Positions 51,730 through 64,000 of a stretch of 64,000 nucleotides of DNA are shown here, piece by piece (positions within the stretch are counted from its first letter, which is position 1; each line of letters starts with the position of its first letter). The stretch lies in assembly GCF_021869535.1 (NCBI RefSeq), contig NW_026262679.1, forward strand, positions 43,276,001 through 43,340,000. The letters are read 5' to 3'. Source of the stretch: Mytilus californianus (taxonomy: Eukaryota). The translations under genes were made by a program, and so were the position numbers. The notes under the pieces were generated by a model. That model was not told the origin of the DNA and did no database searches. It was given only the letters and a program-made list of their open reading frames with translations.

Positions 51730-52050
51730 AGATGTATTGGTCTTACTTTGAGACAGATTTAAGACCTTATTGATTATGTGGACGCATATACAATGGATGG
51801 GGCAATAGTTTTTGTATATTTTACCAAAGGTTCTTGATTCATTAGAATGGGATTTTATGTTAAACAATTTAAAACATTTTGGATTTAACAAATCATTTAT
51901 AAACTGGGTAAAAACATTATATACTGGGTAACAAACTTGTGTAATTAATAATAAATGGATTTCAGAATTTTTTAAAAACATAAAAGAATAAGACAAGGGT
52001 GTATTTTATCAGCTCTTCTTTTCGTTTTATATGTGGAGATCATGGCTGCA
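51730..52050 (+). pseudogene. L1/Tx1-type reverse transcriptase fragment
   Basis: Frameshifted DLIDY...GAIVF...DSLEWDFMLNNLKHFGFNKSFINWVKTLY...IRQGCILSALLFVLYVEIMA. Confidence 0.75.
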
Positions 52051-52066
52051 CGGTGTCTAAACTACC

Positions 52067-53258
52067 CCGGCAAAAAATGTTTGGACTCAATAGTATCTAA
52101 TATCCGGTACGGTGACGAACCATCAACCGACAGAGAAATGGTGGGATTTCTGTTTTTTAATTTGTTATTTTTATGGTCTTGAAGAATATACATACACATC
52201 CTCCTATTTTCGATTGCGAGCTGTAATATTTTCTACAACCCGTTCTAGATCAATATAGAAATAATTACAAAGGAATATCAAAATGGTGAATTTAGTGAAC
52301 CTTGTGTCGAATCTGTTTGATTTCTCGTTAAATTGTGCACATTGTACGGAAAGAAATGTACGGAAAGAAAGATATTAACATGGAGTTGGCAAGACTAATC
52401 ACTCTGAGCATCTCTATAGTTGTATTAATGCGCATGGAACGAATGAATAGGGTCATGTCAAAATCGGAGGACCCGGGTTTGTCAATGTGTACGACCTGTT
52501 GTCGTCCTAAAAGTTCACAAAGCAGGACCCGGTTTCGTCATGGAAAATTGCATAACGCTATTTAAAGCCGGATCTCATCATGAGTTTTATGGCTCGTTGA
52601 AAAACAATTTCTTTCAGAGAATAACCTATTATTCATTTAAATCCGGAAACACTTGAATTCTTGCTTTATTGGAACAAAAATTATTTTTGATTTTCCTTTG
52701 TATAAAAACGAAATCATTAATTTAATCAATGCAAGAAATGAAGTTTGTTATTAAATTTGAGTTTTTTTGTTATATGAATTATGTAATTCACGCATAAAAT
52801 ATTTAATTCGTGATGAATAGTATAGACAAAAGTCTTGTTCTGAATGTCTGTCATTGAATGAATGAATGGGTAAAAAGGATGAATGATAGTAAATATATTG
52901 TAAACACAGCGTATAGTATAGTAAACCATACTTTTGATAAATTGATATGGTAACACAATCATACTTTCAGTCCGTAACTTTCTTTCCGTACAATGTGCAC
53001 AAGTTGTTAGGCAAATTCGAGACAAGGTTTACTGAATTCATCATTGGAGAGCATTTATACTTATTTCGCCATTAATCTAGAACGGTTGTAGAAAATATTA
53101 CATCTAACAATCAAAAATAGTTATCTGTATATGAATATTCTTCTATATCATCAAAACTAACAAATAAATAAACAGAAATCTTACCTTTTCTCTGCCTGTT
53201 GATGGTCCGTCACCGTACCGGATATTACATACTTTTGCGTCCAAACATTTTTTGACGG
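52067..53258. mobile_element. Non-autonomous TIR element with ~90-bp imperfect inverted arms
   Basis: CAAAAAATGTTTGGAC...TAATATCCGGTACGGTGACG.ACCATCAAC at 52071-52156 and inverted at 53168-53254. Confidence 0.7.
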
Positions 53259-53269
53259 AAAATAAAAAA

Positions 53270-54310
53270 GAAGATGTAGTACATGTATCATTGCCAATCA
53301 GACAACTCTTCACAAGAGACCAAATGACACAGAAATTAACAACTGTTGGTCACAGTACGGCCTTCAACAATGAGCAAAGCCCATACCACATAGTCAGCTA
53401 TAAAAGGCCCCGAAATGACAAATGTAAAACAATTCAAACGAGAACACTTACGGCCTAATTAATGCACAAAAAATGAACGAAAAACAAATATGTAACACAG
53501 CAACAAACGACAACCACTGAATTACAGGCTCCTGACTTGGGACAGGCACATACATAACGAATGTGGCGGGGATAAACATGTTAGCGGGATCTCCCCCTAA
53601 ACCTGGGACAGTGGTGCAACAGTACAACATAAGAACGAATTATAAAAATCAGTTGAAAAAGGCTTAACACATCAGATGGATACAAATAGAAATACATATA
53701 ACAAAAACACAGAGTGGACGTGGCCGGATACTCGTACATCTCAACAACAAAAAGACATTTAGTACATATCTGAGAATACTCGCAGTTACTGACAGCAAGT
53801 TCAAAGCCAATAACAACTAATAAAAACATCATGCATCTAAAACAAAATTATCAATTAGTATACATCCAACATCCAATGGATTTAGTGTAAAGACGCCATA
53901 AACAGTCAGAGAAAAACATGACCTTGTGCAATGCCAAGATACAGCTATCGACAAATTGTAGATCCATGAATGTGCATATGTATATAACAATAATATTTAG
54001 TTTGCTGTTAGTTTACTGATAACAAAATCAATATTAATACCAATAAAAACAACATTTAAAGATCTAATTACAGTGTTGAATTGGTAACCTTTTAGAATAA
54101 GTTTATTTAAAGGATTGATAAGTTAACCAGGGTCGTTTCTAAATTTCTGGGCACGGTAAACAACATCTCCGTAAAAATGAGGATGTGCTTTCCCGTTTGA
54201 AATAAGTCTTTTACAGGTACAACCAAACTTTATAAGCAAATCTTTATATCTATAGAAGAATTTAGTAAAACAAGCATATTTGGTGAATGAATATATAATG
54301 TCGTAAAACA
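53270..54310 (-). mobile_element. Naiad-type PLE 3' end (third copy) with degenerate SECIS at ~53845-53907
   Basis: FTKFFYRYKDLLIKFGCTCKRLISNGKAHPHFYG plus the 3' UTR; SECIS core reads ATGG instead of ATGA. Confidence 0.9.
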
Positions 54311-54793
54311 AAGAATTATCTTTATCTTGTAATGTTATTGAGAATGTTAAAGAGATGACCGTGTCACTTCATACGAAAATGATCAACGCTTTTACATTCC
54401 ATAAAATTACAAAACCATCATTCGATTCTTATAATAACATGTATATGTTAGCGGCAATAAGTGAAATTAGGCATTAAGCTTAAATCCTAGGCAATAAGCT
54501 AACGCCTAGACAGTAAGTCTATTGCCTAAATGATGTTAGGCATTAGTCTTAAATCCTAGAATTTAAGCTTAAAATCCTGAAAAATGTGTGCAACGCCTTA
54601 GATATAAATGCGAGTAAATAAAAGACATTTATTCATTTAAATAGAAAATACATTTGTTACATAATAACATTATGAGAACTGAAGTTTAATATCTACCGGA
54701 AATAAAATCAATAATAAAATATGTTATTTATATTAAAACTCATCAAATAATACCTTAAAAACATGAAAACTTGATAAAAAATTTGTGTTAAAA

Positions 54794-54966
54794 TCAAGTG
54801 TTACATGTATCACAAGTTGTGGAACTGTGGCACCGACTATTGCACTGTCTTCCGTTTTTCTTGCATTTGCGCACCGGTTACTTAAACATTTGGATTTACA
54901 TGCACATTTGAAAAATCCTTGACCTCCGGATACTGACTGATGGGTTGCTGCCTCACGAACACTTAT
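54794..54966 (-). pseudogene. Cys-rich C-terminus of a Ginger2/KRBA2-like transposase
   Basis: ISVREAATHQSVSGGQGFFKCACKSKCLSNRC/KCKKNGRQCNSRCHSSTTC with one frameshift. Confidence 0.75.
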
Positions 54967-55434
54967 GGTGTCAGACCACCAATTACTCCCCCCAATTTAG
55001 AATGTATGTAAAAGTAGCCCTACTCTGACACAAAATAGTGCTTTTGATGTCATTGTTTACTTAAACTAACCAACAAATTTGCAGAAATGAAACTTTTGGT
55101 GAAAGAGAAATATATTTAGACCATTTTGAGCCAAAATTCACTTGTCTATGAGTTTGCATCAACAATTCAGGATTAATGCGCTCCATAGTATACTAATTAA
55201 CGATTTCCAGAAAAAAGGGGTTATTTTTGGAGTACCTCTGTTCGAAGGTCAGTTTTTTTTCTTAGAAGGCTACAAAGGTATGTTGAAAATTGGCATGTAG
55301 AAAGCTGATACGTGTACAATTCAGGATATACCTGGTTTCTATGAAGTTAAACTTAAGGTAAAATATTTAGAAAGCTGTGAAAATTGCAAAATTTGGTTGA
55401 ACAGATAGGGCTTTTTAATTGGTAGTCTGACACC
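54967..55434. mobile_element. Second Kolobok-like MITE nested in the Ginger element
   Basis: TIR GGTGTCAGACCACCAATT / AATTGGTAGTCTGACACC; TTAA at 55436-55439; left site degenerate (TTAT). Confidence 0.6.
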
Positions 55435-56252
55435 TTTAAAGTGAAAATCAGAAAACAATTGATTTTTTTGTCTTAACTGATCATTTGAAATGATAGTAGC
55501 CAAATTTCAACCTTTTTTTGGCAAAAGGTCACTTTAGTTATCAACCTCTTTTGTTGCCTTCTTTTCTGATGATTCCAAAAGTTTAATCCAGATAAAGAAG
55601 TGAAAAAGACAAGATGGCCTGGGAGTATTTAACAAAAAATTTAACAAAGAAAATTTACTGATCCAATAAAAAAAAATTGGAAAATGGTGTGAGCAAAAAA
55701 TCATATCTTAATTTTGTCTACTTTTGACCAGTTCAAACCAGTTCGACTAGTGAAGTGTAAAAATTTTCAAATAATTATTATAGTTAATATATAGAATCTC
55801 CCCCATATTTTTATTGGATACAATCACTTTTTTTAAATCTTTTTTATTTTTTGTAATACCACAAATAAGTACGAGTTAATTCTGTTTTGAATATGAAAAA
55901 TACTAAAACTTGAAGATCTGCCAAATGAATGAATATTAATATTAGGAATATAATTAAGAAACTACTTTATATCAAGAATAACTCACCGAATATACATAAA
56001 TTCCAAAGTTCACTTATTGCCTTAAATTATGTTCGGCAATAGGTTGAATAATCATCATCAGATTTCAGGAAATAAGCTTGATGCCTGAAAATTTCAGGCA
56101 ATAACTTAATGCCTAGGCGTTATCTTATTGCCTAGGATTTAAGCTTAATGCCTAATTTCACTTATTGCCGCTAACATATATATGCAAAAACAATGAAATT
56201 ACGAGTTATATGAATCTTTTTGGTGTGTTTGCCTTTGCATTGTCGTGACATT

Positions 56253-56315
56253 GTCATGGCAGTCATGTGCAGTCATGTGCAGTCATGGCAGTCATGTGCA
56301 GTCATGTGCAGTCAT
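56253..56315. repeat. 9-10-bp tandem repeat (GTCATGTGCA / GTCATGGCA) x~6.5
   Basis: Directly visible. Confidence 0.9.
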
Positions 56316-57089
56316 GAATGTTGCATTTTATTGAGAAATACAATTTGATATTGGAACGACTCCCGACTTTTTTTTAAATTTGAAGTATCAATGGAATATA
56401 AAACATATTATTATTATACATTACTTATATAGGCATATAAATGAAATATACATTTCTAAAATACGAATGAAAACTGGCCCACTAGTATTGGTTTATTAAG
56501 TTGGTCTTCTACATAAACCGTTTAAAGATATTGACTTGTTATTAAGCAGCAGTCTAGATTTTTAATGAATAGGATAATACATATAAATTGTGTCTGTATC
56601 ATAATAACGGCTACTTTTTCAACTTTTTGACTTGACATGATTCGGCACGAAGTCAATAATATATTTTATCATATACTTATAGAAAATAATGGTATAATTG
56701 TACCCCATGATAAAACTTATTAGTACATATATTTATTCATTAAATTTGAAGAATTGCCTTAGCCGTGTGATATGACTTTTGTTATCAACTGCTTCCGGTT
56801 TATATCAACTGCTTCTGTTTCATATCAACTGCTTCCGGTTATTATCGCATGCTTTTCTGTAACGTTATCGCATGACAGTTCTGCGTCATTCGGCAAATTC
56901 TGGAAAATGTACCTCAATGGTACTTTTTTTTTGAAAAACATAACAAAGTTGGAGAAAAGAAAATATTAATAATCAGGAAAATATATTATTAAAAAATACA
57001 AAACAAATATTACAACAAACACATTGTTTCAAAGTTTTAAAAATAGTTTTGTCTGTATGTCTTCTCCTGGAGTATATGATAAAAAGAAC

Positions 57090-57221
57090 ATAACATGTCG
57101 TTTTTCATATCAGACCCCTTATCAGCCCATTGTCAAAATCATCCCTCGAGCCTGTCGGCTCTCGGGCTGATAACATGACCTAGGGCTGATAAGGGGTCTG
57201 ATATGAAAAAGGCCATGTTAT
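57090..57221. repeat. Palindromic hairpin element with perfect 28-bp arms
   Basis: TTTTTCATATCAGACCCCTTATCAGCCC (57101-57128) / GGGCTGATAAGGGGTCTGATATGAAAAA (57183-57210), plus outer ATAACATG/CATGTTAT. Confidence 0.9.
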
Positions 57222-57410
57222 AATCTATATATTATATACATTTACAGTAGGAGTTCAATTCTTTCAGATACTATGATATCCAATGTTTGTATAAGCAACA
57301 CAAGATAAGAATCCATTGGGGTCACATCCGTTATTCCAACATCCAAATGGTCCGACGCCTCGTTAGTCCGTCACCCAAATAGCCCGACACCCCATTTGTC
57401 CGACTTAAAA

Positions 57411-58480
57411 CTAGTGATGGTAGGGACTCATTCTATGTTTTTTCATTAATGGGGAAACTGTCCTTAACTTCTTTATCCAAAAACTATTTCGCTTCGCCTT
57501 TTCTGTGTGTACTGTAATAGGTCATTGCGGCTGTTATTGATAGCACGCGTAAACCCTTTATCTATGTCCCATTAATTATAACCTCGTTTGGTAAAAAATC
57601 CGCGAAATAGTTCGGTTTGTTTTAACATACCATACCGTCTTTACTAACCTCTCCCGTTTAATCCGTGCCAATTGGCAGATTATTGCCAAACATCTAAAAT
57701 TATTCAAGATATTTCCCAAACCATCTGTATTAGCTTTTCGGAGACCAGCAAGTCTTATTTGTGAGAGCTAATGTCTCCTCTAATAAAAGCTCTTCAACTG
57801 CAGGATGGTGCAAGTCGTGTTGTAACAGACGATGTCTGACTTGCCAACAAATACTGAACACTCAAACATTTACTTGCCACTCCACTGGGTCCGTATACAC
57901 TATATATTGCAATGTAATCTGCAAAACCCAGAATGTGGTATACCTTCTTAAGTGTCGATGTGGCATTCAGTATGTTGGCGAGACAGACCAGCCATTCAAC
58001 AAACGCATGAATGGTCATCGAAGTGACTACACCTGCAAGCCTGACCTCCCCGTAAGTCGTCATTTGAGATCATCTGGGCACGCCCAAGTTGATCTCCAAA
58101 ACCTTTCTATCACTATTATAGACCACAACGAGGGTTGGTCAAGGGCCGACAGACTTGCTCGGAAAAGTTTTTGGATAAGGAAGTTAAGGACAGTTTCCCC
58201 AGAGGGCATTCATGAAATAAAATAGTAGAATAAGTCCCTACCATCACTTGTTTCCAGTAACTTTGTCTTCAGTACAGGACTCTTACAGTTTTACCTCCTC
58301 CCAAACATCAATATTGAAAAAAAATTACCAACGTATTGATTCTTGATAATTTGTATAACGATCAAGATTACTATTACAGTGTGAATACCACATGTCAAGA
58401 TAAGAACCATTTGACATCTTACTGATGAAGGATATTAGTTATCCGAAATATTTAATATTTGTTCATGTCAGATTGTATTT
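57411..58480 (+). mobile_element. Neptune-type Penelope-like element, 5'-truncated and 5'-inverted, with C-terminal GIY-YIG (to 58225) and pLTR
   Basis: RRCLTCQQI...NVVYLLKCRCGIQYVGET...KRMNGH...PVSRH...FWIRKLRTVSPEGI; inverted copy of the ORF end at 57411-57492. Confidence 0.85.
58411..58472 (+). ncRNA. Type I hammerhead ribozyme (PLE-associated, minimal stem III)
   Basis: TTGACAT-ctta-CTGATGA-a-GGATA-ttagt-TATCC-GAA-ATAT-tta-ATAT-T-tgttc-ATGTCAG. Core boxes intact; folded by eye. Confidence 0.75.
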
Positions 58481-58784
58481 TTTTTTGTGATGTTGTACCC
58501 TTTTAGACTTGCCTATTATATATTATATTAAGTAGTGTAGTGTATCATAATTATATGATCCATCGCCCCGTAAGATTTACCGTTGGCTATTATTCAGACA
58601 AATAAGTGTATAATTTGGATTCTGATAAAATTTTTATACTGTGTTTCATTGTATATTTAATCGAAGATTAACTCATTATATAACAAAAATATGGCAATGC
58701 TTAAATTTGATTTCAAGATTACATACTAGTACTTTCAATAAGAAATAAGATTTTATAACGACAGTCCTGATGTATATCTAATTG

Positions 58785-59285
58785 CTACATGTGATCAATA
58801 CTCACATTCCCGAGGTTACCTTCGACACGTTTCCAGTGATTCGATACTTATATACCCGAGGTTACCTTCCACCCGATACCAGTGATTCGTACTCACATCC
58901 CATAGATTACCTTCGACTCGTTACAAGTGATTCGATACTCACATTTCCGAGGTTACCTTCCACCCGTTTTCAGTGATTTGATACTCACATTCCCGAGGTT
59001 ATTTTCAACCTGTTACCAGTGATTCGATACTCACATTCCCAAAGTTACATTCCAGCCGTTACCAGTGATTCGATGCTCACAATTCCGAGGTTACCTTCCA
59101 CTCGTTACCAATGATTCGATAACAACATTCCTGAGGTTACTTTCAACATGTTCAACTCGTTACCAATCATTTGATACCCACATTCCTGAGATTACCTTCC
59201 ACCTGTTACATGTATCAGTGATTCGATACTCACATTTTCGAGCTTACCTCTCACCAGTTACCAATTATTCGATACTCACAGTCCC
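58785..59285. repeat. ~46-bp minisatellite x~11
   Basis: CCAGTGATTCGATACTCACATTCCCGAGGTTACCTTCCACCCGTTA; anchors at 58836, 58882, 58927 and 58973. Confidence 0.95.
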
Positions 59286-60127
59286 GATTTTTATAGCGGT
59301 TTAGAATATGATTATCTCAAGAACATGTAACGGACGCTTTATCCTATTCAATGTTTTACTGTTTTTGTTCAAATCGGTGTTCTCTATAGCTTATCATCGG
59401 TAGATTACTCCTTTGAATGACACAAAAATATTTCTTGAAGAAATTCCGACGACGGTTAAGATCGTAAACACTATTCCTCTTTCATATATATGAATAGAAG
59501 GAAATGATAGATATACATGTTGTACGTCAACCAAAAAAAAAAATACACTCTTCCTTTACTACAGATTCGAATAGAAGTAAACGTACGGTATACGTCACTA
59601 TAAAACACTATCGTTGGTCCGTGCGTCTTAGCGTCCGTCAGTCACAAATTGTGTTTGCTGTAAACTAGCGCAACGTAATTCAACTTTACAATTCCTGTAC
59701 ATATCTACAAAAATCGTTTCTCCCCCTGTATCTTTAAAACCCCTTGGAGTTTATGTATAATTATTCACCACTAAAAGAAGCGTACGTTGGTGAAATTTAG
59801 ATTAACTCTGACACCTTTGTCCATATACGTGGAATAATCATTGCATTTCAATTTATTTATTCAAACGAAGTGGGCTCTCTGTGATTGCTCCAATCATTAT
59901 ACTTTAGTTTTAATTACAGGTGTTAGATCTCTATGTGAAAATGATGAATATACATGGAATTGTTCAAAGTAAGTTGATCCTCTACTATAATGTCTTGATA
60001 AATTAACCAGGTAACTACAATATCAAAAGACACTAATTCTCAATCGAATGCAGCTATACTAGATTCGTTTGTCAAATATATACCATTAAACACCAAACAT
60101 GCAACAACCTTCACCAGGTACGCTTAC

Positions 60128-60296
60128 CTTGATCTTTCAGTTGAACCTTTACCAACTCTCGCCAATACTCTACCAGATGGTCTGTAATTCCATACAATTT
60201 CCTCTACAGCTATGAAATAACGACGTGTTCTCCTTATTATAGCTGGTGGTAGTACTCCTGGTCTGGGCATCACATTTACAAAAGCTGCCATCCCAT
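60128..60296 (-). CDS. Multicopper oxidase exon (end of domain 2 / start of domain 3; not in the ORF track)
   Basis: ATAG|ATGGG...TCAAG|GTAAGC; (H)GMAAFVNV...RRYFIAVEEIVWNYRP; 169 nt, phase 1 to 2. Confidence 0.92.
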
Positions 60297-60606
60297 CTAT
60301 TATTTCAAATAATGTATAACTACTTCATTATTTCTATTATTAAATATCGTGATACTAAAATAGTATCTTATTAATGCAGTTAGAAAATACCCTGTAACCG
60401 TATGTCTGCTTTTTAATTTGACGTATAAATACGCAAATCGATGTATCTCTATCATTTTACTTAAAACTATCGTATAACTGGTTTTGTTATACGGAAGAAG
60501 AATTGAAATAATGACTTGACAAACTTTTAGATAGCCAAAATTAAAACTCTAAAACTTTGCAATTATCTAAAATATGGTACGCACATTATTATCCAGCTCG
60601 AATTTA

Positions 60607-62192
60607 AGATAAGATAAGATAAGATAAGATATTTTATTTCCAATTATGGGCCCCAAAGGGCATAAACATTACAACATAATACAATACAAACAATGAGATA
60701 AAAAAAAAGTTTAACGAGAACTATTTAAGTTCTTAAAGAATACGTAGATAAAGAATCTATAGTATGTTTTTTTTAATACTAATGCATTTTATTGCAAGTG
60801 TGGTTGACATAGATAACAAACAAGCAGCCCAAAAAGAAAAAAGAAAAATAGATATCCCTATATTTATAGTACACAAAAAGTTGGATCAATTAAACATATA
60901 ATAATTAGCCAAAAAGAAAGTAGAAATTAAGCATGTCCATGACTCATCCTGTGTCAGCAGCAAATAGGAAAGTATTATGGTTTCCTAAAGGCAGCTGACA
61001 CCAGGGGGCGATACCTTATGGGCCATAGGCATGTAAAATGTGTGTAAATGTCTCTTTCCTACCTGTATCAAAAGCAAACAAGGAAGCATCATAGGTAACT
61101 TGAATGCAGTTGATACCAGGGGACGATGCCTCAAGGATATAAGAGAACATTTGAATAAATAATATATTCTAACAATTATTTTTTTTTAATCGGCTAGTAT
61201 GTTTGTGATATTCAGATGGATATAATTTTCTATGTCCAATCAAATGTATATACACACATAGATTTCCTTTAACTAATCTTCACTAAGGAAGATGTTTGTA
61301 TATAAAATTACATATTATTTTTAGTAACTCAACATTTTCTACACTAAATAACCAGATAATTTTGCTTTGACTGCTCATATGATTAAAATAAGAATTATAT
61401 TTTGCAATACTAGCTAACATACAATTTCTAGCACCACAAATTTGTTACAATCAAATAGAAAATGAGCCTCATCTTCGACAGTATTGGAAGAACATATATT
61501 ACATATTCTGTTAATTCGGGGAATACCCTGATATCTACCTAATTCTATTTGTAGTCTATGAGAAGATACACGTAATTTAGTCAAACTTCTTCTAAGTTCA
61601 AAATTCTTGATCAATGTTAGACATTTTTCAAAACCAAAATTTGTTTTATATAAATGGTAGGTTTTCAGTTTACTGTCTGAAAATTTATCTATTTGTTTTT
61701 TTCCAACAGCCAATAAACAATATTGATAGCTTGGTTTGTATATATTTCTTAAATTTGTATAAGGATTCACAAAATGGAGCATTTATGGCATTTGTATAGT
61801 CAATACCAAGTATTTTAAAAATAACATTTATTGAACCATACCATGATGTTATATTCATGTGATGTAGTGTCTTTGATTGTGTATATGCCTTTTTTAATAG
61901 AGGAAAATTATTACCTAAATTCTCTAATCTATACCAGTACAATAACATTCCTTTTATAATATTAAAATATATTGGAAATCTTCCAAGTTCAGATAACACT
62001 GCAGTATTTGTTGTTTTCTTGTGTACCCCAAGTATAAATTCAAAAAAAAATTATATGAAGTTTCTCACAGGGTAAACCTGAATATAATTTTTCAAAAGAT
62101 ATATCTTCCTCCTTACATTTAGAGGAAAGAGAATTAAACATCCCCCATATTTCGCTACCATATAATAAAATAGGTTTTACAATGTGGTTAAA
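60607..62192 (-). mobile_element. 5'-truncated sister copy of the RTE-X-like LINE
   Basis: Nearly identical to ~30060-31660; (TAAGA)n tail on the plus strand; possible TSD GAATTTA at 60600-60606 and 62193-62199. Confidence 0.95.
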
Positions 62193-62614
62193 GAATTTAT
62201 AAACCTAACTATATTTACCATGTTTACAGATGGTTATAGGTTAGCTAAATGAATCCATATGAATTCAGTACTAAATTGTGCACTTCAAGAACATTTGGAA
62301 TATGTGGTTTTAAACTGTTTTTAATCATAACTCTTTATTTTAATCCTCCAATCGACCTTTCTACTATACTATTACATGTGCACAGATAACACGAAGCGAT
62401 ATACGTATACTAGACGTATATTGTCTCCTGGTATCCTGCTTCTGTTGCGAGCGAACGGTTATGTCAAATTACTGCTTATGTCATAGTTCAACTTGGGGTC
62501 CTTATTGCGGTCCGCGTTTAAGTCATGTCGATTTCTTTCAAAAACAAATTCAACGATTGGGATGGGAAAAAACGTACAAATTTAATTGCAGGATAAAGAC
62601 AATAACTTTTTAGG

Positions 62615-62736
62615 GTCTTTAAATACCAGCTGACAGCCTGTATTTATACTCGGCTCGAAACAGGAGTAATAGCTCGCTGAAGCTCGCATTACACCTGTTT
62701 CGTAGCCTCGTACAAATACAGATGATATTTAAAGAC
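62615..62736. repeat. Imperfect long hairpin (palindromic MITE-like element)
   Basis: GTCTTTAAATA...CTGTATTT...GGCTCGAAACAGG.GTAAT / ATTAC.CCTGTTTCG.AGCC...AAATACAG...TATTTAAAGAC. Confidence 0.65.
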
Positions 62737-62868
62737 ACTAAACAGTCATTGTCCTTGTATTCATTATTTTGTATTTAACTTTGTAATATATTAGATTTTG
62801 ATATTTTATTACTGTAACAGAAACTGATGCGTTCTGTGTACATTCCGGAAAACGTAAGTATGACTCAC

Positions 62869-62975
62869 GATTAAAATGGTAGTTGACTTTACAAAATATC
62901 ATCCATCTACCAGGATTTCTGACTGTCATGTAAAACCCTTCAAACCATGCTATACCAAATACAACAGCATGCGTT
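62869..62975 (-). CDS. Multicopper oxidase exon (domain 2 T1 site; most 5' exon found in the window)
   Basis: TTTTCAG|AACGCAT...AATC|GTGAGT; THAVVFGIAWFEGFYMTVRNPGRWMIFCKVNYHFN; splices to give CKVNYHFNHGM (C-x4-H-x4-M); 107 nt. Confidence 0.9.
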
Positions 62976-64000
62976 CTGAAAAAGTAAGAAGATATAAGAT
63001 AACAAAGCAAGCATAAGCCAATGATGGACAGACACCACAATGACTCTAGGAAAAGAATCGAAGAAAGGAAGTTAGAACATTTCAAAGACGTAAAATAGTC
63101 AATAACGAACAATACCCCAGGGAACATTTAAGCGATGCCAACACATTGGAATTAGATAAGGTACCAAAGAAAGTCAAATGATCCCTAAGAGAACGTCCAG
63201 TAGTAATTACAACATATTGAAGTTAAGTACCACAAGCAGTCAAATGATACCTAAGGGATCGTCCATTGGAGATTCCAAAATATTAGAAGTAAATAAAATT
63301 CCACATAAAGTCAAAATGTAGCGTTATTGAACGTCTTGTAACATTTCTGGCACAGTGGAAGTTAATAAAACTACAAAAAGCCAATTGATACACTTAGCGA
63401 ACGTCTTGTTACAGGAATATGACAGTTGTTATATGCAGTCCGTTTCTGTGTATGTTGGCGTTTGCTTTTGTTGTAGTTAAGTGTTTCTGTTGTTCCGTTG
63501 TTTTCCTCTTATAGTTGATGTGCTTACCTCAGTTTTAGTTTGTTATCCAGATTTGTTTTTTTTTAATCGAATTATGACTATTGGCCAGCGGTAAACTAAT
63601 TTTGCCTTTACTTAACACACAATAAGTTTTCTTAATATATACATGTACTGACTCACAACTGCACCAAACAAGTATCAACATTAATTTCAGAATATCCACT
63701 ATTTCATAAAAAGCATGAAACCGAAATGAAAATATTAAATTATTAAAAGGTTTTAAAACCATTTTTCCTCTCGGTTGAGACATTTAACACTATAAAAGTC
63801 AAATGATACCCAAAAGGAACGTCCAGTAGATGAACAGTATTTGTTATTGAAATATAAACAAGTGTCTTCAAAATATGTCACGTTCTGAATCGTCCGAAAC
63901 TTGTGAACCAATTAACATAATATGAAAAAGAAATATTCTCCATTTTGGAGCGGTATTTGTTCGCCTATCATTATATTAAAACTATATATAAAAGTAACAT

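Larger units (their letters stand above)
54446..56176. mobile_element. Ginger2/Tdd-like internally deleted DNA transposon, TGT...ACA termini, TATA flanks
   Basis: At least 85-bp TIRs starting TGTTAGCGGCAATAAGTGAAATTAGGC; TATA at 54442-54445 and 56177-56180; residual transposase C-terminus inside. Confidence 0.75.

Noticed and set aside
53172-53250. Strong AAG|GTAAGA donor on the minus strand as an extra oxidase exon
   Set aside because: It lies within a TIR arm mirrored at 52071-52156, and the flanking exons already join in phase without a gap in domain homology.
62976-63127. Hydrophobic N-terminal part of ORF 62738..63127 as a signal or TM segment of the oxidase
   Set aside because: It lies upstream of a canonical polypyrimidine-CAG acceptor at 62976 and is intronic; only 62869-62975 is exon.

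Overview
AT-rich eukaryotic genomic DNA, most likely a bivalve such as Mytilus (inferred from the repeat families, not verified). One host gene is present: eight minus-strand exons (62975 to 27919; phases all match; about 785 aa) encoding the C-terminal part of a six-domain hephaestin/ceruloplasmin-type multicopper oxidase. Its 5' exons lie beyond the window. The T1 copper ligands are kept in domains 2 (Cys/His/Met visible) and 6 and lost in domain 4, and the protein ends in an Arg-rich tail rather than a transmembrane helix. Most of the remaining sequence is mobile DNA and repeats. Retroelements: Penelope-like elements of two types (Naiad-type RT without a C-terminal endonuclease; Neptune-type GIY-YIG with a hammerhead ribozyme), a near full-length RTE-X-like LINE plus a truncated sister copy, tRNA-derived SINEs, and a 1.77-kb LTR element with identical TA...TA LTRs. 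DNA elements: a decayed PIF/Harbinger transposon with an adjacent MITE, Tc1, Ginger2-like, Kolobok-like and Helitron/Helentron-type elements. Several minisatellites are also present. The most notable signal is a retroelement selenocysteine-recoding system. The Naiad-type RT at about 16450-18020 has an in-frame TGA where the family motif normally has Cys, and a form-2 SECIS in its 3' UTR; a divergent sister copy preserves the SECIS fold through compensatory changes.
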